Assembly (NCBI RefSeq): GCF_001194135.2
Contig: NC_068990.1
Location: 59,013,233 to 59,073,562 of the forward strand
DNA from: Octopus bimaculoides
Taxonomy: Eukaryota
Reading direction: 5' to 3'
DNA length: 60,330 nucleotides
Shown here: positions 50,739 through 60,330 of the stretch, in pieces
How the letters are laid out: each line of letters starts with the position of its first letter
How positions within the stretch are numbered: the stretch's first letter is position 1
Position numbers and translations under genes: made by a program
Notes under the pieces: model-generated
What the model was told of the DNA's origin: nothing
The model's database searches: none
Seen by the model: the letters and a program-made list of their open reading frames with translations, nothing else

Positions 50739-51387
50739 CTCAAATATACAACATGGCTGGTCTTTCAGAAAGCACGAGAAAGGACGAGAGCAAAGTAAAA
50801 GCAAAAAGGGGAATGAGAAGAAAACAGAAAATCAAGAGTTGCATCTTTTTGCCAGTTCGAATCAGAATTAGCTTGGTTGGTGTAAACTAAGTATTCGGTG
50901 GTGTAGGTAGATTCTTAAGTAACCCATGTAGCATAAATCCATTTCTATGTATGATATTCTGGTAGAATTCTTAGAGTCCTCAAATTAACGTAGCTATTAT
51001 GCCAATCATACGTGGAATATGAATTCGCAGTGTAAATCCACGTTTTGGAGGAATATGCATAATTTACTGTTCCGTTATTAGTGGGATCAACAAAAAAAAG
51101 AACTCCATTCAGGAAGGGATGAATATTTCGAATACACAGGATTTAAATTCGAGCTTCTATTAGGCTCATGACGAATAATTAATTCACACCAATCAAATTA
51201 ATTCTGATTCGAACATCAACCATACTAATTCTCATTCGAACGAGCAAAAGTACGCAACTCTGTATTTTTTTTTTTTTTCTCATTTCACATTTTGCTTTCA
51301 CTTTCCTCTTGTCTTTTCTCATGTTTTTCAAAGACCAGCGCCCTTCCTCGTTTTCTCAAAAATTATGAGCCATGTTGTATATCTGAG
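50739..51387. repeat. Long imperfect inverted repeat, ~160/215-bp arms, ~275-bp spacer
   Basis: CTCAAATATACAACATGGCTGGTCTTT...GTTCGAATCAGAATTAG vs reverse complement of 51172-51387. Confidence 0.8.
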
Positions 51388-51854
51388 TGTCAGTTTATTG
51401 TGTTTTAACGGCATGAAACTAGTAGTATTTCGTATTTAAATTGTGTGTATATAATAAAAATGATATTTATCTCTCACTGGATGGAGTACATCTTTAATGA
51501 TCCTGCAATAGTAGAAGAGTAAATTTCATATGTGTGTGTGTCTGTGTGTGTGCGTGAGAGAGAGAGAGAGAGGGAGAGAGAGAGAGAGAGAGAAATAGTT
51601 TCTCCATTATGAACATATTCTTAGAACACAAATATCTATTGGTTACCCATCGTATTTAGATATATTTACGTTACTACAAAAACGCAGATTTATAAGGAAA
51701 AAATGCGATCTTTTTTAGGTCAACCATTTCTTTGATATCTACAACTAATTTGTGTCCTAAATCGTTGTCAGAAGTGTGTTTTTAGCATTTAGATTCATGA
51801 GCAGGTACTAACATCAATTAAAACTTCACATATTACCATTTTCCTTAAAGTAAC

Positions 51855-52230
51855 GGTAAGCTGGCAGACTCGCTACTGCACTGGGAAAAAATACTTTGAT
51901 ATTTGTTCCGGTTCTTTACGTTTGGAGCTCAAATAACACCGATAAAATAAGTACCAGTCGAGCACTGGAGTGGATGTAATCGATTATCCCTCCTCCTCCC
52001 CCACCCCAAAACTGCTTGCCTTGTGCCTATTATAGAAAGAAAAAAAATATTTCCTGAGAAGGATGTAATCGACTTCCCCTCCACCACAAAATTGCTGGTT
52101 ATGTGCCAAAATTAGAAAGGATTATTTTTCTTGACCTTTCAGGGTTGATAAAATAAGTATCAATTGAGCACTGGGATCAATGCAATTGACTTGCCCCTTC
52201 CGTTCAAAATTGCTGGTCTTGTGCAAGAAT
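51855..52230 (+). mobile_element. SINE N plus two further 3' halves in tandem
   Basis: Three GATG(T/C)AAT(C/T)GA...AAA.TGCT tails. Confidence 0.7.
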
Positions 52231-52729
52231 TAGTTACTTTTCTCAACGAAGTTGAAGAATGTTATTTAAATCTTTGCTCAGATACTAGCAAGCTACGGTA
52301 AGCTTAAATGAAGCTAAAGTCATGACCTTGGGTTTGCACCGTTAATGTCACCAGAAAGGTCATCACATCCCTCTTACTCTGAATTTAAATATCAGGATTA
52401 ATGTCTTTAAGTTGTTTCGAATTTTGACATTAACAAGTGTGGTTGCTATTACAATCACATCACGCGTTCGTCTTTCTTATGGATCCGAGTCTCCGTACGA
52501 TATCTGAATACGTTCAGTTCATATTGGCCTATTAAATTTTTAGACATAGGAAAATTTTCCCTGGATATCTTCTGCACGAAGGAAAAATAGTGAACGTTTA
52601 ATATAGTGAAGAATTATTTTTGCTTCAGTTCAATGAGAATTTTAACCTCAACTGGACTAATGGATTGCTGACTAACTCAAAATGAACGCGTTACATTTTT
52701 TTTTTTTTTAACAATGGCGCTGACGAGGT

Positions 52730-53125
52730 TATGTGGCAAGAAGCTTGCTTATCAACCACATGGCTCCGGATTGAGTTCCAGTGCGTGGCAGCTTGAGCAA
52801 GTGTTTTCTATTATAGCACCGGACCGACAAAAGCCTTGAGAGTGGATTTTTGTAGACATAAACTGAAAGAAGGCGGCGAGTTGGCAGAAACGTTAGCACG
52901 CCGGGCGAAATGCTTAGCGGTATTTCGTCTGCCGTTACGTTCTGAGTTCAAATTCCGCTGAGGTCGACTTTGCCTTTCATCCTTTCGGGGTCGATAAATT
53001 AAGTACCAGTTACACACTGGGGTCGATGTAATCGACTGAAAATCCCTTTGTCTGTCCTTGTTTGTCCTCTCTATGTTTAGCCCTTTGTGGGCAATAAAGA
53101 AATAAGAAACTGAAAGAAGCTTGTC

Positions 53126-53160
<35 letters not shown>

Positions 53161-53360
53161 ACTGTCTTGCCCATCGCTTGACAACCGATGTTGGTTTGTT
53201 TACACCCTATAACTGAACAGTTTGATAAAAAAAAAATAAAAAGATCAATAGAATAAGTATCAGGCTTTAAAAAATAAGTAGTGAAGTCGAATCTTTCGAC
53301 TAAACCCTCCAATGTGGTGCCCCAGCATGGCCGCAGTCTAATGACTAAAGTAATTAAAAG
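52730..53360 (+). mobile_element. SINE family A host of a nested N copy
   Basis: A sequence resumes after the 13-bp TSD. Confidence 0.85.
52873..53106 (+). mobile_element. Young full-length SINE N (third tail type)
   Basis: TSD AAACTGAAAGAAG at 52860-52872 and 53107-53119. Confidence 0.95.
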
Positions 53361-53444
53361 CTAGTACTACATTCTGGGTATAAATAATGGTTATCTCAAA
53401 TATTAAAAGAAATTTAATAGAGAATTCTTAAACATTCTTTAATT

Positions 53445-53750
53445 CTGTTACTTGTTTCAGCAATCAGACAACAGTCATGTTGGGGCACCGCCGAACCGCT
53501 AAGTTACGGGGCCATAAACACACCAACACCGGTCGTCAGGCGGTGGTGGTGGACAAACACAGACACACACATGTCTGTGTATATATACATATACGACAGT
53601 CTTCTTTTAGTTTCCGTCTGCCAAATCAACTCACAAAAATTTAGTCGGCCTGAGGCCATAGTAGAAGACACTTGCCCTAGGTGCCACGCAGTAGGACTGA
53701 ACCGGGAACCATGTAGTTGGAAAGTAAACTTCTTATCGCACAGCCACAGG
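53445..53750 (-). mobile_element. SINE family A with internal deletion
   Basis: Reverse-complement tail joined to GAACCGCTAAGTTACGGGG, then core and head. Confidence 0.85.
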
Positions 53751-54589
53751 GAAATTTTCAGATCATCATATCGCATTAAATTTATTTGTTTAACATTTAC
53801 CATTTAGCAGAATCAGAAAGAAATAAGAAAGAAAAATACGATTCGTGAGAAATGTATGAAAACTTGAAATTTTAGTTCAAAGGAAATGGGAAGTTCTGTC
53901 ATTCGTGCATTTCTGAAGACATTCACAGTGAAAATGAAACAAGGTTGTAATCTTTCTTTGCTGTAAGCTTCCCATTCTTTCCGGTGTCTGAGCTGAGATT
54001 CAAATATTTTTAAATTACGTAAGGAAAATGTTTATGGCGTCACAACCGTATCCAGTTTTATTCCTTTCTTTCTTTTAGAAAAATATGTTAATTCTAATCT
54101 CGTGTCTGTATGTTACTTTCTCTCACAACAACTTGATGAAATTGGCATCATAGCTAGATGCCCATCGCGTCTAGTTAATCAACCGACTTTCTTACCATGA
54201 GTGTATCTCAGTGATGGAAATAGGTACTCTTGGGGATTAAAGGTACGTTAAGATCTGTGAAGTTGTGGTTAGGAAGGAGAGGGCTTACACGCTATAATTC
54301 CACCCTTCTTCCGTTGAGCTGAAAAGTAGAAGACCGCCCTTCTGCGTACCCAACCCCGTACCTGTCACAGGTCTGCCCGATAAGAGATGACTTAAACTGT
54401 AAAATGACAAATGCATTCTATCAAAAGAACCAGCACGAACAAAACAAAATCAATTGATCATTTCTTATTAACGATTTCTAATAAAAGCTTGTTGCCTGAA
54501 AACTTAGTTTAGAAGAACAGAGGAACTGTCACCTTCGAGTAAAATTCTTAAATATATTGGTAAAAGATATACAATATTTATTTTAATAC

Positions 54590-55048
54590 ATGGTTGCAAA
54601 TTTTGGCCCATGGCCAGGAATTTTAGGAGAGGGCGAAGTCGATAAAGTCGACCTCAGAGCTCAAACGCTATTTATTTTATCAACTCTGAAAGAGTGAGGC
54701 AAAGTCGACTTCGGAGAATTTGAACTCAGAACATAAAGAGCCGGAAGAAATGCCACTAGACAATTTGTAGAATGCGTTAACGATTCTTTCAATTCTCCAC
54801 TTTATTGTATCTTAATATATTCTTTCTACTATAGGCACAAAGGCCTGAAATTTTGGAGGCGTGGGGTGGATAGTTGATTACATCATCCCCAGTGCTCAAC
54901 TGGTATATAATATTTCGTCAATCCCGTAAGAATGACAGGTAGAATCGACCTTGAAGAATTTGAACTCAGAACGTAAAGAGCCAGAAGAACTGCCGCTCTG
55001 CATTTTTATTTTTCAGACGCTCTACCCGTTGTGCCAGGTCACCGTCTT
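54590..55048 (-). mobile_element. SINE N doublet
   Basis: Copy 54825-55048 flanked by TGTATC(T/G)TAATAT at 54806 and 55051. Confidence 0.8.
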
Positions 55049-55074
55049 CGTGTATCGTAATATTTAAACCTGAA

Positions 55075-55295
55075 TGTAAGTCGGCGAGCTGGCAGAATCG
55101 TTAGCGCACCGGGTAAAATGCTTATCGGTATTTCGACCGTCTTTACATTCTGAGTTCAAGTTCCGTCGAGGTCGACTTTGCCTTTCATCCCGTTTCAGGG
55201 TCGATAAAATAGGTTCCAGTTGAGCACTGGGGTCGATGTAATCGACTTAGTCCCTCCCCTGAAATTGCCAGCTTGAGTCAAAATCTGAAACCAAT
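55075..55295 (+). mobile_element. SINE N, full length
   Basis: Head, core and tail; head-to-head with the preceding doublet. Confidence 0.9.
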
Positions 55296-55729
55296 GAATA
55301 AAAGTGAATTAATGTATCAAATATCTCAAGCTGTAGGCCATTGTTTTGTGCCTAAGTACTTAATATATTGTGCACAACCTTTCAAAGAAAAGGTCGTAGG
55401 CTATATGACTTTTTCTACGGTTTCCTTTTAGCTACAGACAGAAAAAACTAAGCGTATTATATGCCTCAAGTAATGAAGTGGACATTGGAAAACGTTACTA
55501 GGTTTATTAATTCATCTGCAATAATTCTATGAATTCTGGAAAAAAAAAATTAAGAGTAAAATTTTATTTCAAGTTCTATGCGTTTGTTTTTGTTTTTTTT
55601 TTGTACTTTTCTCGGTGATTTGGTTGCAAAAGTTGCGTGAAACAACAATTCCCTAACCGATAGAAAATTGGTAGCATCTTTCGATGTACTTACACAAGTG
55701 GACCCACCACCACCACCACCACCCGAATT

Positions 55730-56080
55730 TCCTTTCTCATAACTTACACAAAAAGTATTTTTTTAATGAAATTTTCCACAAGGTGCAAATTACGATTATA
55801 TCGGAACGTAATATGAAAAAAGAAAAAACTTGGCAGGCGTACACACATACATCACTGACACATCACAGAATTTTTTTCAAAGTTTCTAGTTTCATTTTGA
55901 AGATACATATATGATGCGTGCCAATATCCATGTGGTGTGCACATGCACAAATTTTTTTCGACATTAAATTCCGATATAATCGTGATCTATTCCACTTGAA
56001 CGATATTTGTTGAAAATTTCATTACAAAAAAAGTGCACATTTTATGAAAGCGATGAGGAAAGAAAATCGGTGGTGGGAGC
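55730..56080. mobile_element. Family F foldback element, inner arms
   Basis: TTTTAATGAAATTTTCCAC...CGATTATATCGGAA vs TTCCGATATAATCG...GAAAATTTCATTAC. Confidence 0.7.
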
Positions 56081-56803
56081 ACACTTGTGTAGGCATGCCC
56101 ATCTTTCTAAAGCATTTAATCCAAAATATAGTGAATTTTTGAGATTATGTTTATTTTATGCACTAAATCCGGACGATGCCAGTTGCATCTGGAAGTTCTA
56201 AATAATTGTTTAACCTAAAATTATTATAACATTTATTCGAACACACATCGGATCAGCACGAAATATGGAAACGAAAAACCTTCTTCCAACCCCTACCCCA
56301 GAAAAAGATGAAATCGGCGGTTTTAGTTCATTTGAATTGCGAAATAGTGATTGCCATCCTTTTCTGAGAACAATTAACGGATATGGTGAATAAATATTGT
56401 AATCTCCTTTTGCGGCATCCATGATTAAAATAATAATCTTCAAGTTGGTGTGGGAAAAATACATAGCTATGATGTGCAAATCAATGTTCTCTGTCTCGTG
56501 TTTCATTCTTTTGACTAAAAATAATTTAATTCAAATATGAAGTTTGTTATGTGGTGTTAGCTCATACCGCTGGATCTAACCACAAAAATAAACATTTGTT
56601 AACGATTATGGAGCAGAAATGAATGTGGGTTTTAATTACATCTCCCTCTCTCTCTCTCTCACTCTCTCATACACACTGATTAAAAGACGGGGGGGNNNNN
56701 NNNNNNNNNNNNNNNNNNNNNNNNNNNNNNNNNNNNNNNNNNNNNNNNNNNNNNNNNNNNNNNNNNNNNNNNNNNNNNNNNNNNNNNNNNNNNNNNNNNN
56801 NNN

Positions 56804-56838
<35 letters not shown>

Positions 56839-56993
56839 ATTTCTACTACAACGGCGACTACCACCACCACCACCAATACTACTACTATCATTAACCACCA
56901 CTACAACCATTTCTACTACGGCGACTACCGCCACCACCACAGCCAACACCACCATTGCCACTACCATTACTACTGCTATTACTACTGCTGCTG

Positions 56994-57051
<58 letters not shown>

Positions 57052-57110
57052 GATGACCACTACCACCACCAACACCACCACTACCACAACTACATACTAG
57101 GCATACAACC
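56804..57110. repeat. (CT)n followed by (CTA)n/(CCA)n low-complexity tract
   Basis: Direct reading. Confidence 0.95.
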
Positions 57111-57544
57111 ACCACGACAGGCTCAAAAAATGAGTAATGGGGTTGGTTGGTTTGACAAAACCCTTCAATCCGATGCCCCAGTATGGCAAAAACAAGTAAA
57201 AAAAAAAAAGTAAAAGAAGCAGTTACTACATGCTGACATCACGTTTTGTATTCACCCTGCTAAGCTTTTTAGATCCATTCTGGCTATTTTAATGTCACCA
57301 GAAAGCAATGAATGTCATACACTTCTAATTCATGCTTTACAAGTAATCATGTGTTGTTGTTTTTTGTGCGTTTTTGCCAATGTTTTCTTTTGTTCGTCTT
57401 TTTCTAATTCGTATTGAGTTAGTTGATCCTGTTGTTTTATTAGATGGTTTAATAATTTTGCCGGAATAAACATTCTTAGAATGCGATATTGTCCATCGCT
57501 GGAAAATGAGGCACAAAATAATGTTGTTTTTTTAAAATATATTT

Positions 57545-58104
57545 TTGTGTCAGTCATTGGACTGCAGCATGCTGAAACAATCGACCCCAATACTTATTTT
57601 TCGAATTGAGCTTGGCACTTCTTCTATCAGTTCCTTTTTGCCGGGTGGAGGCACAGTGGCCCAGTGGTTAGGGCAGCGGACTCGCGGTCGTAGGATCGCG
57701 GTTTCGATTCCCAGACCGGGCGTTGTGAGTGTTTATTGAGCGAAAACACCTAAAGCTCCACGAGGGTTCCAGTTGATCCGATCAATGGAACAGCCTGCTC
57801 GGGAAATTAACGTGCAAGTGGCTGAGCACTCCACAGACACGTGTACCATTAACGTAGTTCACAGGGAGATTCAGCGTGACACAGAGTGTGACAAGGCTGA
57901 CCCTTTGAAATACAGGTACAACAGACACACGAAGAAAGATTGGGAGAAAGTTGTAGTGAAAGAGTACAGCAGGGTTCGCCACCATCCCCTGCGAGTCCGC
58001 TGCCCTAACCACTGGGCGATTGCGCCTCCACGTAAAGACACATATATACATACATACATATATGTGTGTGTGTGTGTGTGTGTGTGTATGCATGTGCATG
58101 TATA

Positions 58105-58160
<56 letters not shown>

Positions 58161-58205
58161 TCCGAAACCCTGAGGATGCAAAATAAGCTTCTTAACCGCA
58201 CAGCA
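57545..58205 (-). mobile_element. Decayed SINE family A, host of a rearranged B element
   Basis: A tail at 57545-57643; A microsatellite and head remnants at 58031-58205. Confidence 0.65.
57646..58030. mobile_element. Rearranged SINE B (head + inverted body + inverted head)
   Basis: Plus-strand head to CGAGG (57761-57765), then minus-strand body, then minus-strand first 40 nt. Confidence 0.9.
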
Positions 58206-58344
58206 ATATCTGTGTATATAACTTTAACATTGTAGCTTGTTTGATCGATGGATTTAAATAATGCACTGCAAATTCTTTAAGGAAATTGTCTATGACGTAA
58301 TAATTGATGTCAGTTGGCTGAAGTTTTGTTGTTGTTTTTTATTT

Positions 58345-58634
58345 CATTCTTTCACTGGCCTCCGTTATTGAGCAGCGGTCATGCTGGTGCACCGACTTCA
58401 ATGGTTTCTGTCGATAATATCGACCCTAGAATTTATTTTAGTCTGGCAATAATTTTATCGGACCGCTAAACTACGGTTTTGGCGTAAGCACTCGCAATTC
58501 AACACCACTTTATAATGACAGATATAAATACAAACTTGGAGGGGGAAAGACAGACATAGAGGAACACTCGCACGCGTGCACACACACAGACACACACGAA
58601 ACAAGAATTTCGATCGAAACATCTGTGACTGATG

Positions 58635-58667
<33 letters not shown>

Positions 58668-59015
58668 TGTGTGTGTGTGTGTGTAGACGTGGATGTGTTG
58701 TAAGAACGTTACTTCCCAACCCCATCGTCTCGAGTTCAGTCCCATTGCGTGATACCTTGAGCAAGGGTCTTCTACTATAGCTCTGAGCTGACCGAAACCT
58801 TGTGAGTGGATTTGTTAGACGGAAATCGAAGGAAGCCCGTCGTACATATGTATATGTATATATACTATATATTTGTGTCCTTGTGTTTGTGTTTGTTCTC
58901 CACTACCGCTTGACATGTGTTAGCATGCTTATGTCTCAGCAACTTAGCAGTTCGCAAATAACAACAGTTTCAGGTTTTAAAATAACAAATACTGGGATCG
59001 ATTTATTAGGCTAAA
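58345..59015. mobile_element. Two SINE A copies: minus 3' half (58345-58600) and plus copy (58685-59015)
   Basis: Tail, core and head matches. Confidence 0.75.
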
Positions 59016-59180
59016 CCCGGGGCAAAATGCTTAACGGCATTTCTTCCGACCCTGAATTCAAATGCCGCCGAGGTCGACTTTGCCTTTCATCCTTTCGGGA
59101 TAGATCAAATAAGTAGCAGTTGAACAATGGGATCGATGTAATCGACTTACCCGTTACTCCGTATTTGCTGGCCTATCAAA
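59016..59180 (+). mobile_element. SINE N, 5'-truncated
   Basis: Core match. Confidence 0.8.
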
Positions 59181-59256
59181 ACATCGGAGTCTAAGTTTGA
59201 ATCATTTGAGCACTACTAAGTGTCTTCTGTACTGAAAATCTCTGGATCTCATCTGT

Positions 59257-59257
<1 letters not shown>

Positions 59258-59311
<54 letters not shown>

Positions 59312-59530
59312 CACACATACACACACGCGCACATATATATGCACATATACGTATATATGTACACACGACGGGCTTCACACATTTTCCATCGATCAGATTC
59401 ATTCTCAAAGATTTACTCAGCCCGAAGTTATAGTAGAGACACCTGCACATGGTGCCACGCAGTGCAACTGAACCCGAAACCATGTGGTTACAAAACGAGC
59501 TTCTTAGCAACACAGCTATGCCTGCGCATA
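59258..59530 (-). mobile_element. SINE family A 5' half with expanded (TA)n
   Basis: Reverse-complement head and core. Confidence 0.8.
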
Positions 59531-59964
59531 TAACAAAGAACTTTCTTCAAATTTTCTATTAATAATTGCGACATTCATCTGCTATATACGTATTCATTGA
59601 TAGCCTATTGTGAAACCATTCAAAGCCTATAATCAGTGTATAAGTGATGACAGTGTATAGTCAGAATGTAGCGTTAAACAATGGATTACAATAGTGGTTG
59701 TGATGTTGAAGCAATACGTTAGCCAATGGGAAAGTGTGGCATATTTACATATCTTAAACTGTAATGAGAAGGCAGTTCTACAGTGAAGAGGAAATTGTAA
59801 ATTTCTTAAAGAAACACTTATGAAAATCACTCAATTTGTATAATAAGCCATTAGCAAAAGCTTCTTTCAGCAGTTAAATTCCTAGTTGTCGAAAAATGGA
59901 TATCATTTGGATGTTAGACCAGACGCTGAATGATGTGGTAAGTTTTCAGCAGATTAAAGTCACC

Positions 59965-60330
59965 ATTACTCTTTCACTCTTTTACTCTTTTACTTGTTTC
60001 ACTCATTTGACTGTGGCCATGCTGAGCACCGCCTTTAGTCGAACAAATCGCCCCCCAGGGCTTATTCTTTGGAAGCCTAGTACTTATTCTATCGGTCTCT
60101 TTTGTCGAACCGCTAAGTTACGGGGATGTAAACACACCAGCATCGTTTGTCAAGCAATGCTTGGGGGACAAACACAGACACACAAACACATACACATATA
60201 TATATATATATATATATATTTCCGTCTACCAAATATATATATATATATTTCCGTCTACCAAATCCACTCACAAGGCTTTGGTCGGCCCGAGGCTATAGTA
60301 GAAGACACTTGCCAAAGGTGCCACGCAGTG
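59965..60330 (-). mobile_element. Young SINE family A, runs off the window end
   Basis: (TTTTACTC)n tail and near-consensus body. Confidence 0.9.

Noticed and set aside
57773-58201. 137-139 aa ORFs on both strands
   Set aside because: Composed entirely of SINE B sequence and (CA)n
60195-60262. Tandem duplication of TATATATATTTCCGTCTACCAAAT
   Set aside because: Adjacent to a (TA)n array in a SINE; slippage or assembly error is the simplest explanation

Overview
Eukaryotic, AT-rich, repeat-saturated non-coding DNA from a draft assembly, with N gaps at 5344-5866, 6154-6939, 7743-7863, 17115-17124, 19666-20403, 31360-32066, 37444-37948, 40160-40169 and 56696-56803. The SINE families and LINE fossils resemble, from memory and not from a search, those of Octopus/coleoid genomes, so the taxon is an inference. 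I found no intact host gene, tRNA or rRNA gene, or CRISPR array. Nearly all ORFs in the track come from microsatellites, N gaps or transposon remnants. Contents: (i) four tRNA-headed SINE groups under my working labels N (Nin/Deu-domain-like), A (CORE-like with internal microsatellite), B and C; (ii) 3' fossils of RLE-type (R4/Dong-like) LINEs, RTE LINEs and Penelope-like elements; (iii) hAT MITEs with 8-bp TSDs and an internally deleted mariner; (iv) several long inverted repeats; (v) many microsatellites. The most notable observations are a minimal hammerhead ribozyme motif (229-274), two apparent target-specific RLE-LINE lineages (one in (TAA)n arrays, one in (CATA)n arrays), repeated insertion of N SINEs right beside existing copies, an 84-nt near-perfect palindrome (41400-41483) and several rearranged or chimeric SINEs. 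Boundaries were read by eye. Those with stated TSDs should be exact; the others are approximate.
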